The notes beneath the pieces were generated by a model. It was not told the origin of the DNA. It made no database searches and saw only the letters and a list, made by a program, of their open reading frames with translations. A stretch of 64,000 bases of DNA from a virus (lineage: Duplodnaviria; Caudoviricetes), in the IMG/VR virus record IMGVR_UViG_3300035517_000383, positions 32,001 to 96,000 of that record; one strand, 5' to 3'. The position numbers and the translations under genes were made by a program. Every line of letters starts with the position of its first letter. Positions within the stretch are counted from its first letter, which is position 1. Positions 22,989 through 31,999 of the stretch are shown here, one piece after another.

Positions 22989-23255
22989 TTATCCCTCCTT
23001 TATTTCATCAGCGATATTAGAAAATATTTCTCTTAATTTTATTTCATCTTCGGAATTAGTTATTCTTATTTCAATTGGAGTTTCAAATTTCATCCCCAGA
23101 CTGAGTACTCCAACTAAACTTTTTCCATTAATAACTTTTTCATTCTATATAATAAAAACTGAACCTTTAAGTTCATTTAAAGCATAAACTAAATTAGTTG
23201 CTATACGTCCATATACATCGTTTTTTAATTTATATCTAATAGATATTAAATCCAT
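22989..23255 (-). CDS. HPr/Crh-like protein (Tyr15, Arg17, Ser46; 1 TAG)
   Basis: 88 aa, MDLISIRYKLKNDVYGRIATNLV...VINGKSLVGVLSLG, colinear with HPr numbering; absent from the ORF track because of the TAG at codon 37. Confidence 0.8.
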
Positions 23256-23286
23256 TTTATAATCATCTCCAGAAAATTAATATAAG

Positions 23287-23350
23287 GGAACTGTATTCCG
23301 CAAGCGGAATACAGTTCCGATTGCAATTTCGCTACGCTACATTGCAATCG
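23287..23350. promoter_or_regulatory. two adjacent GC-rich hairpins at the divergence point of the two gene arms
   Basis: GGAACTGTATTCCGC-AA-GCGGAATACAGTTCC perfect stem, then CGATTGCAAT..ATTGCAATCG. Confidence 0.55.
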
Positions 23351-23474
23351 TCTATTTTTAACTCTCTATATTAAAATTATATCACTCTCTTATGCAAAAG
23401 TCAACATTTTAAATAAATAGTTCTATTGCTTGACTTTTTCATATCAATATGGTATAATATTTATAAAGAGGTGA

Positions 23475-24416
23475 ATGAGAATGACATCAGAATTAACAAA
23501 TAAAATTGAACACTTTAATCTAGATTTAGATTATTCAAATCCATTATTTAATTCTCTTGAAACACAAACAAATCAAATTATTAATTCTATATTAAATTTA
23601 TATTTAATACAATTTAAGGATAAAAAGAAAATAATTCTTGAATATCAAGATGATTTATTAAGTGTAATTACTTATCGTATTTTAAAAAATATTTGTGCCA
23701 TAAATGAGTTTGAAATTTTTATTTATGGAAAGAAAAAGAAAACTAAAACTTATATTGAAAAGAAAGATAAGAATATCTCTTTAAGAAAAATTAATAAAAT
23801 TATAAAAAAAGAAAAGCAAGATATTTTATATGTATCTTGTTTTAATCCTATTTATAAAGTAATAAATAGTAAAAAAGTCTTTAATGTTTTCCAATGTGAT
23901 ACATATAATCCAATTGCGAATTTTACCCCAGATGAAATTCATATGACACAAGTATTTTATCATATTGGATATATAAAAGATGAGATTAACTTTACAAGTA
24001 GTATAATAAAAGACTATTCTTTCTTTTGTGATAGTATATATAATATGAGTTCAGATATTGATATATTTTTAAGTAATTTCTTATATCCTATTCCAAATGA
24101 AATAAATCTTATTTGGTTGTGCGGCGATGAGAAAATTGATGAAGAGGAGTTAAAAGAAATTCAAAACACAAAAGGTATGAATTTTTATTTCTATCAAGAA
24201 GAACCATCTATATTTAAAAGTTATTTTTCTCTATATCTATCTAATAAATCAAATATTCCAAATAAAAATTTTGGAAATATTAATAACTATCAACTTGTTA
24301 ATGAATTTATTAAATTCCTTGAAAAGAGAAAAAAAGAGAAAAATATTAATTATACAATTAATTGGATAGGTAAATGGGATAATATCATTAAAAATAAAAT
24401 TCTAATGGAGGATTAA
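23475..24416 (+). CDS. hypothetical protein
   Basis: 313-aa ORF after a TTGACT-17-TATAAT promoter and GAGGTG RBS. Confidence 0.65.
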   Translation: MRMTSELTNKIEHFNLDLDYSNPLFNSLETQTNQIINSILNLYLIQFKDKKKIILEYQDDLLSVITYRILKNICAINEFEIFIYGKKKKTKTYIEKKDKNISLRKINKIIKKEKQDILYVSCFNPIYKVINSKKVFNVFQCDTYNPIANFTPDEIHMTQVFYHIGYIKDEINFTSSIIKDYSFFCDSIYNMSSDIDIFLSNFLYPIPNEINLIWLCGDEKIDEEELKEIQNTKGMNFYFYQEEPSIFKSYFSLYLSNKSNIPNKNFGNINNYQLVNEFIKFLEKRKKEKNINYTINWIGKWDNIIKNKILMED

Positions 24417-24417
24417 A

Positions 24418-24930
24418 ATGAAAGTATTTATAGTAAATGGTTGTGGCGGCAGCGGCAAAACGAGTTTTGAATTAATGATACGTGATATTGCAGAAGCACA
24501 TGGAGAAAAAATTAAAATTCTCTCTATTATTGATTATGTTAAAGATGTAGCAACTTATTTCGGTTGGTCAGGAGAAAAATCTTTAAAAGGAAGAAAGATG
24601 CTATGTGACCTAAAAGATGTTATGACAGAATATAATGACATTCCATATAAACAGTTAGTAAAACAAATTGAAGAATGTAGAGATGATAATATATCTGCTG
24701 TTTTTATTGATAGTAGAGAAGCAGAAGATATTAAAAGACTGGTAGAAGATTTTCATGCTCTTACAATTTTAGTGCGTCGCGACGCAGAAAGAATTATTTA
24801 TGGCAATAGAGCAGATGATAATATAGATAATTATGAATATGATATTATTATTGATAACAGTAGAGGTTTAAGTGAATTATTAGAGGAAGCTTCTATATTC
24901 TATGAAACCTTTATTAAGGAGGAAAATTAA
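24418..24930 (+). CDS. P-loop nucleotide (dNMP) kinase-like protein
   Basis: NGCGGSGKTS Walker A; FIDSRE; YDIIIDN. Confidence 0.65.
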   Translation: MKVFIVNGCGGSGKTSFELMIRDIAEAHGEKIKILSIIDYVKDVATYFGWSGEKSLKGRKMLCDLKDVMTEYNDIPYKQLVKQIEECRDDNISAVFIDSREAEDIKRLVEDFHALTILVRRDAERIIYGNRADDNIDNYEYDIIIDNSRGLSELLEEASIFYETFIKEEN

Positions 24931-25764
24931 TTGACTTTTAATGGTTCAAAAAATAAATTTAAAAATGATATACCGCCTATAATTAATAAATATATAGAAA
25001 AAAATGATATAAAAGTTTTTATTGATTGTACTTGTGGTGGGGCTAATTTAACAGATAAAATTGTTTGTAAGGATATTTATGGTATCGACTTGTCACCAAG
25101 CTTAATTGCTTTACATCTTCAAGCTCAACAAGATTTTTCTCAAATTCCAACAGATGGGAGTAGAGAAATGTGGGATAAAGGCTATTCTGCTTGGAAAGTT
25201 ATGAAACAGATTTTAGATACAAAACCTTTTGCTGATTTTACTATTGAAGATTTTGATAAAATCAGTATTCCTCTCTATCAAATTGGTTGTATTGAATGGT
25301 ATGCAAGTTTTTCTAACAGAGGATTTCCAGGTGGGTATGCAAAAAATTCTACAACAAGAAATTATTATCAAGAAGCTTGGAGAAATCATAAAAAGCAGAG
25401 TGAAACAGATAATTATAAGAAAATAAATTTTTGTTGTGGTGACTATTAGGATTTAGTCTCACAAATATTAACAAAAGAAGAAAATCTAAATCTTAATATA
25501 CTTTTGTATATTGACCCACCATACAAAGACACGAAGCCTTACGCCATTTCAAAAGATTTTAATTACGAGAGATTATATGAGTGGCTAAATAATATCAGTA
25601 AAATTTGTCCCATTTTTGTAAGTGAACAATATTTACCCGAAGAATTTAATAAATATCAAGTTTGGGAAAAGAAAACAAAAAGAACAATAGGTTTAGATAA
25701 TAATTACTCAGCAAAAGAAAAACTTTGGTTAATAGATAAAAGAAATATAAATAAGGAAAATTAA
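24931..25764 (+). CDS. DNA adenine methyltransferase (1 TAG)
   Basis: FNGSKNK and DCTCGGAN SAM motif joined in frame across TAG 25447 to YIDPPY. Confidence 0.82.
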
Positions 25765-25794
25765 AAAAGAAAGTAATTAATAGGAGGATTATAA

Positions 25795-26763
25795 TTGAAA
25801 GTAATAGAATTATTTGCGGGAATTGGTGCACCAAGAATGGCACTAAAAAATTTAGGAATACAACATGATGTAATTGGAATTAGTGAAATAGATAAAAATG
25901 CTATTAAAATGTATAATATGATTCATGGAGAAACAAATAACTTTGGAGATATATCTCAAATAGAAAAACTCCCTTATTGTGATTTTTTACATTTTTCTTC
26001 TCCTTGTCAGAGTTTTTCTCAAAGCGGCAAGAAAAATGGATTAGAAGGTTCAAGTGGTATAATTGTAGAAGTGTATAGATTAATGGATAATTTATATGAA
26101 CGCAAAGAGCTACCGAAAGCTATTTCTTTTGAAAACGTACCTACTCTATATACTAAATTTCGAGATGTTTTTGATGATTTAATAGAACGTTTTAAAAATT
26201 GGGGATATAATGTTTATTACAATACCTTATCGGCACAATATTTTAATAATCCTACTGCTAGAAGTCGTTTATTTATAATAGGAATTAGAAAAGATTGTGA
26301 CACAGGAACATTTATAATGCCTCAAAATACTAATTTAACAAAAATAAGACTAAAAGATTATTTAGTTGATAATGTTGATAAAAAGTACTACTGGCCGCAT
26401 GAGGTAATCTTTCATAGTTTAAATGACAACGAAGAAAAAATAGATACTACTAGAAAACTTGGTTGGCTAGAGACAGCTTGTGGACATGAAACTCAGAGTA
26501 ATAGAGTTTGGAGCAAAGAAGGATTTTGTCCTACTATCACTTGTTATTCACAATTTCTAATCAGAGAAGGGTCAGGTGTGTATAGAAAATTAACTGAGGA
26601 AGAATATTGGAGAATTCAAGGATTTTCTCAAAATGATTTTGAAAAAATTCAGAAAGATTTTTCTAGGTCAGCAATTATTAAAGCAGTAGGAAATTCTATT
26701 GCATTAGGGCCTCTTGAAGCAATTTATTCTAATCTCTTTTCTTCTGTTCCTTCTTTGATTTAA
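25795..26763 (+). CDS. DNA cytosine-C5 methyltransferase
   Basis: ELFAGIG, SPCQSFS, FENV, RSRLF and GNSI motifs. Confidence 0.93.
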   Translation: MKVIELFAGIGAPRMALKNLGIQHDVIGISEIDKNAIKMYNMIHGETNNFGDISQIEKLPYCDFLHFSSPCQSFSQSGKKNGLEGSSGIIVEVYRLMDNLYERKELPKAISFENVPTLYTKFRDVFDDLIERFKNWGYNVYYNTLSAQYFNNPTARSRLFIIGIRKDCDTGTFIMPQNTNLTKIRLKDYLVDNVDKKYYWPHEVIFHSLNDNEEKIDTTRKLGWLETACGHETQSNRVWSKEGFCPTITCYSQFLIREGSGVYRKLTEEEYWRIQGFSQNDFEKIQKDFSRSAIIKAVGNSIALGPLEAIYSNLFSSVPSLI

Positions 26764-26850
26764 AAACTAAATTTTAAAATGACGGCAATGCCAATTGCCG
26801 GCACAACTCTTTTGATTACTTTTCTCGTTGCTGAGAAAAGTAATACTATA

Positions 26851-26954
26851 TAATATCGTAAATTACGGAACATAATATCGTAAATTACGGAACATAATAT
26901 CGTAAATTACGAAAAGCACTATCGTGAATTACGAAAGTTATATCGTAAATTACG
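26851..26954 (+). repeat. iteron-like array: five copies of TATCGTRAATTACG at 22/22/22/21-bp spacing
   Basis: Cores at 26854, 26876, 26898, 26920 and 26941; each holds the near-palindrome CGTAA-A-TTACG. Confidence 0.85.
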
Positions 26955-27014
26955 ATTCCGAAATTTTTATAGATATTTTTTTCGTAATTTACTTATAGTA
27001 TAGGAGGTGGTTAA

Positions 27015-27770
27015 ATGATAACCAACAAAGAAATTAAAGGTCGAGCAATTTTTAGTGATGAAGAACAAATAAAAGAAAGAAGCTTGAAGATTTATACTTA
27101 TTTAGTCTGTATTAGTGGATTAAAGGATAATTATAATCATGTTCGAATTTTTCAGCAAAAAGATGTAAATCTTTCTGATATTAAAAGAACTTTTCATATG
27201 GATGAAAGAACAATTAAACGATATTGGGAAATGCTTGAATTAGAAGGTTTAATAGTATATAACGGATTTTTTAAAGAAGATTTATCACTATCTTTTAAAG
27301 AACGCTGGAAAATTAGGAATAAAAATAAAAATGTTTATTATGAGATTCCTACACCACCAAAGTTTAGAAAAATTCCAAAAGAAACTTTAATAGAATTAAA
27401 TTAGAAGAGAAATATTGATGAATTAACTTTTAAAATTTATATGACATTGATTAATTATCAAGAAGCTTGTATTAACAATGGAAAAAGTTATAAACCATTT
27501 ACCTATCAAGATTTAAGAGAATTATTAGGATACAAACTTCATGATGATATAGATAAAAAAATGGAGACATCTTTGAATCAATTACAGGGTTTAGGTTTAA
27601 TTATAATACGTCGAGATGTTATGTTAAATAAATTTGGAGTAGCGATTCCGGTATTTGTATTAGAGCAAGCTAATTTTTATACAAATTTTGATATTAAAGA
27701 TTTTGAAACTGCGGAAGAAGAAGTGATTGAAGAACCTGAAAGACAACTAATTAAGGAAAATCTTAAATAA
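27015..27770 (+). CDS. Rep-like/winged-helix DNA-binding protein (1 TAG)
   Basis: 27015 and 27441 ORFs are in frame across TAG 27402; two wHTH-like segments (ERTIKRYWEMLELEGLI; LNQLQGLGLI); directly downstream of the iterons. Confidence 0.55.
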
Positions 27771-27896
27771 AATTAAAACGTTATATTAAAAACTATAAAT
27801 GGTTTTAGAAATTTTTCTTTAATTTTTACTATAATAACTTGACAATTTTCTTATCTTATGATATAATATTAATATAATAGAAAAGGAGTGACATAA

Positions 27897-28439
27897 ATGA
27901 TTATACTATGTGATGTAGACAATATAGTAGGAAATCTCGTCGAAGCAGTATTATCAGTTTATAATCAAGACAGCGGCGATAATTTAAAACTTACTGATAT
28001 AACTAAATATCATATTGAAAATTTTGTTAAACCACAATATAAAGATACTTTCTTTCATTATTTTTTGGATAAAAGAGTTTGGAAAAGGATGGGACTTGTA
28101 CCCAGTGTACAAAAATATATGAGTAAATTATTCAACGATGGACATGAAATTTATTTTTGTACTAAAACTGAAATGAAGAATGCCCCAAAGAAAGAATCTT
28201 ATCTTCAAAGAATTTTTCCTTATATTGATATAAGAAAACACTTAATTATTTGTTATGATAAGAAAATGATTAAAGGTGATATCTTAATTGATGATTGTAC
28301 TAAAAATTTTGGAGGGCAAAAATATTCTATCTGTCTTGCTTATCCTTATAATAAAGATTTTATCGATGATGGAATGTATAATTTTAGATGTAATAACTGG
28401 GAAGAGATTTATAACATTATTTCCAACTTAGAAAAATAA
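27897..28439 (+). CDS. 5'(3')-deoxyribonucleotidase (HAD, NT5C-like)
   Basis: CDVDN, K..IKGDILIDD, YPYN. Confidence 0.8.
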   Translation: MIILCDVDNIVGNLVEAVLSVYNQDSGDNLKLTDITKYHIENFVKPQYKDTFFHYFLDKRVWKRMGLVPSVQKYMSKLFNDGHEIYFCTKTEMKNAPKKESYLQRIFPYIDIRKHLIICYDKKMIKGDILIDDCTKNFGGQKYSICLAYPYNKDFIDDGMYNFRCNNWEEIYNIISNLEK

Positions 28440-28517
28440 GTTCTCTTGACTAGTTCTGCGAAATGAGGTATAATATTGGTAGAATAAAAAAGAAGAAGAG
28501 AAAAAGGAGGAAGGGTA

Positions 28518-28987
28518 TGCTGAAAATATATACCGATGGTGCGGCGACAATGAAAAAGATAGACAATAACTATGAAAAAGGACCCGGCGGTTGGGCGTAC
28601 TGTATTCTTGATGAAAAAGATAATTGTTTATATAAAGAATCTGACGGTAAGAATCCTACAACCAATAACGAAATGGAGTTAACTGGTATTTTAAGGGGTT
28701 TAGAACAAAGTCTTAATTTGCCATCTGAAGAAATTGAAGTTTATAGTGATAGTGCTTATTGTATAAATACTTTTACTGGATGGGTTTTTGTTTGGGTGAA
28801 CAATGATTGGACAAGAGGAAAGAAGAAAGAAGAGATTAAGAATGTAGATTTGATAAAAAAAATTTATAATATTATTACCGAAAGTAATAAAAAAATAAAA
28901 TTTATAAAGGTAAAAGGACATTCAGATGATTACTACAACGAAGTCGTAGACCATATGGCTGTTGTGGCAAAAGAAAAGTATAAGTAA
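28518..28987 (+). CDS. rnhA: ribonuclease HI
   Basis: IYTDGA, GPGGWA, TTNNEMEL, YSDSAY, KVKGHS, NEVVD; RBS favours ATG 28518. Confidence 0.92.
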
Positions 28988-29014
28988 TAAGTAATAAGAC
29001 AAAAGGAGAATTTT

Positions 29015-30145
29015 ATGTACGGATATATTGATGGAATTGATTTTAATAATGAACCCACAGAAAAATATTGGAGTTTTCCTAAGAGTTACAAAGGAAATAA
29101 AAGTGAAGAAACTAAACAAATGATTCTTTCTGGGGAGTATATTGGCAGTGAGAAGAAAGATGGTTGGTATGCAAGAATTATCAAGGATGAAGATGGTAAT
29201 ATAATTCTTCATGGTAGAGATAAGTCTGTTGATGGTACTTATCATAATAAGGTTGAATGGGTGCCGCAATGCCAGTCTTTTTTTGATTCTCTTCCTAATG
29301 GAACTTGTTTACTTGGAGAACTTTATTTTCCTAATCAAAGAGGTAGTAGACGAATAACAACTATATTAGGCTGTCTTAAAGATAAGGCTCTGGAAAGACA
29401 GAGTAAGGGAGAAAAAGTTTGCTATTATGTTTTTGACGTATGGGCTTATAATGGTAAGAGTCTTCTTAATATAACAATGAAAGATAGAATTGAAAAGTAT
29501 CTTAATAAAGAACTTGTAAGTTTTTTTGTTAATCAAGACTATGTTCATAAGGCAATCTATTTTGAAAAAGAAGAACTTTGGAATGAACTTGGTAAGATTC
29601 TTTCTCGTGGTGACGAGGGGATTGTAATTACTAAGAAAAATTCAACTCCAGACCCCGGTAAGCGGCCAGCGAGAAAAACTCTTAAGATTAAAATGGAAAT
29701 TGAACAAACTATTGACGCTTTTATTGATGGTTCATATAAACAACCTACTCGTCTTTATACAGGTAAGGAAATTGAAATATGGGAGTATTGGGAGAATGTT
29801 AAAACACTTGAAAAAGTAAATAAGAATATGTATTTTGAATACTCTCGTGGTGGTGCATGGGAACCTGTTACAAAGAATTATTTTTATGGTCGTGCGGCCG
29901 CCCTGTCATTCTCTGTAATGAAAGATGGTATTCCTACCCATATTGGTTATATCAGCGGGATTACAGATGAAATGAGAGATGCAATTGTAAATAATCCTGA
30001 AAGGTATAAGAATAAGGTTTTTGAAATTTCGGCGATGGAAATAGAGAACATAAAAGGACAATATTCTCTTCGTCACGCAAAGATTATTCAAGAGCGTCCA
30101 GACAAGAATTATGAAGATTGTGATTGGTCACAAATAGCACAATAA
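29015..30145 (+). CDS. ATP-dependent DNA ligase
   Basis: EKKDG adenylation motif; GELY, VFDV, EGIVI, LKIK, LRH. Confidence 0.85.
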   Translation: MYGYIDGIDFNNEPTEKYWSFPKSYKGNKSEETKQMILSGEYIGSEKKDGWYARIIKDEDGNIILHGRDKSVDGTYHNKVEWVPQCQSFFDSLPNGTCLLGELYFPNQRGSRRITTILGCLKDKALERQSKGEKVCYYVFDVWAYNGKSLLNITMKDRIEKYLNKELVSFFVNQDYVHKAIYFEKEELWNELGKILSRGDEGIVITKKNSTPDPGKRPARKTLKIKMEIEQTIDAFIDGSYKQPTRLYTGKEIEIWEYWENVKTLEKVNKNMYFEYSRGGAWEPVTKNYFYGRAAALSFSVMKDGIPTHIGYISGITDEMRDAIVNNPERYKNKVFEISAMEIENIKGQYSLRHAKIIQERPDKNYEDCDWSQIAQ

Positions 30146-30227
30146 AACATTAGAGAGTTTTTGTTAAAATTTCACTTTATATTGAGGAAGAGGTAGATGA
30201 CTACCTCTTTTATTTTTATTTTGTGAG

Positions 30228-31091
30228 GTGAAATCTATGAAACATAAAGAAGCTTTTTTAACTCCAATTAGGAAACAACAATCCACACATACTAAAACTA
30301 ACCCCAGATGTTTTACTTGTAAAAAATTTCCAGTGTGTAACATCCGAGAAGATTATCTAAAAACACTTTCTTTAATTGAAAAAGATTTAGGACATCCGCA
30401 AGAAGATGATGAGATTAAATTCTTTTTCTCTAAGACTTGCGGCAGACCATTGCCGGGATTCGAAGGTAGAAATATTTTAGATTATAATAAATATTTTACT
30501 ATAGAATCATCAGTGCTTAGTGAAGATAATAAAGAGCTGGCGGCCGCAATAAAGGAAGTTAAATTTAGAAATAAGGATAATGTTTAGTTCTTATTTGAGG
30601 TTGAAGAATATTTTGTAGTATTTTCTGCTATTTGGAATAAAGAAAAAGAAGCTTATACTCTTACAGAAGGTCAAGAAGTTTTCTATCATCTTCACTATTC
30701 TTTAAAAGAATCTTCAATAGAAAAATTGCAATCAGAATTATTAGTTTGGCGTGAAGATATTGAAAAGAAAGAAAACCAAAACAAAGAATTGGATATTATT
30801 AATACAACTCATTTTTCCGCACAACTTAATTGCAACTTTTATGAACAAGAAAAAGGACTAACTGAGAAAGAAAGGATACAAAGACTTGTTAAACAGTATC
30901 CTTGCGGCATTCCGATGAGAGATGGAAGATATTATCATTTAGCAACATACCATATTGAACCCAATAAAGTTCCTTATTGTCATTCTAAAGATAATTATTC
31001 TACTTTTTCTCCTATGCCTTACCCCGTATTTCCTCAAACTCCTATTCCTCATAAAGTACCAATAAAAAGAGGAGATAGAGATGAATACTAA
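30228..31091 (+). CDS. hypothetical Cys-containing protein (1 TAG)
   Basis: 30228 and 30726 ORFs are in frame across TAG 30585; CFTC..C motif. Confidence 0.55.
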
Positions 31092-31497
31092 AAAAATTTC
31101 CAAAGGGGAACAAAAACTTATTGATATTTTCACTAAAAATGGAATCCAATTTAAAAGGGAAGTATCTTTTAACGATTTAGTAGGAAATAAACGAGTTCCT
31201 TTAAGATTCGATTTTGCAATTTTCAAAAATAATAAATTGTTATTCTTATGTGAATACGACGGTATTTAGCACTACAAATATACAAAATATTTTCACAAAA
31301 ACATACAAGGTTTTAAAAAACAACGTGAGTGGGACAGACGTAAAAATAAATATTGCTTATTACATAATATACCATTGATAAGAGTCCCTTATTGGGATTT
31401 GGAAACACTAACCCTCGGCAAAATATTAACAGAACCTTCATATCGTGTAAGAGACAAATATCATTTGGATTATATTATTCAACAAGGAGGTTTTTGA
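31081..31497 (+). CDS. DUF559/Vsr-like PD-(D/E)XK endonuclease (1 TAG)
   Basis: LRFDFAI..CEYDGI*HY (family motif EYDGxQH), D..KN.YC..LIRVPYW. Confidence 0.75.
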
Positions 31498-31498
31498 A

Positions 31499-31918
31499 AT
31501 GACATGGTTAGGATTCTTAGAAATATTAAAAACAATTGGTGGTGCGGCTGGAGCTATTATTACTCTTACAGCTTTATGGGGCTTAATAGCAAAAAAGCCT
31601 AAACAGTGGATAAAAAATGTTGTGAAAGAGACTATAGCAGAATCTCAAAATAATGAACAATTCAGTCAAGATATAAATAAAATAAAAACAGTATTAGATG
31701 ATATAAAAGAGTAGCTAAAGACACAAAATGAAAATGATTTAGTAATGTTGAGACATGAGATAACTACATTATATGTTACATATAAAGAAGAAAAGAAAAT
31801 ACCAACTAGAGCGAAATAGGATTGGTTATCTTTATATGAAAGATATACCCGTTTAAATGGGAATTCTTATATAAAAACAATTACTCAAAATATGATTGAT
31901 GAATGGGAAGAGAAATAA
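31499..31918 (+). CDS. phage membrane/holin-like protein (2 TAG)
   Basis: N-terminal TM, coiled coil, LRHEI..Y..LNGNSY; ends at TAA 31918. Confidence 0.6.
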
Positions 31919-31922
31919 GATT

Positions 31923-31967
31923 AAGTCAAGAGAAAATCTTGACTTTTTCTATTAAATATGATATAAT
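31923..31967 (+). promoter_or_regulatory. terminator-like hairpin whose 3' arm is the -35 of the next promoter
   Basis: AAGTCAAGA-loop-TCTTGACTTTTT..TGATATAAT; same design near 411, 7125, 34180, 37872 and 54069. Confidence 0.7.
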
Positions 31968-31999
31968 ATTGATATAAAGATATAGAAGGAGGGTATAAA

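Noticed and set aside
22855-23187. Plus-strand 110-aa ORF
   Set aside because: Antisense shadow of the HPr-like gene and its neighbour
7154-23255. Apparent mass pseudogenisation (many short ORFs)
   Set aside because: The breaks examined are all in-frame TAG with no frameshifts; recoding explains them
24931-26763. Complete restriction-modification system
   Set aside because: No restriction endonuclease or specificity subunit is adjacent
26851-26954. CRISPR array
   Set aside because: 22-bp period with only about 8 nt between cores, no unique spacers and no cas genes
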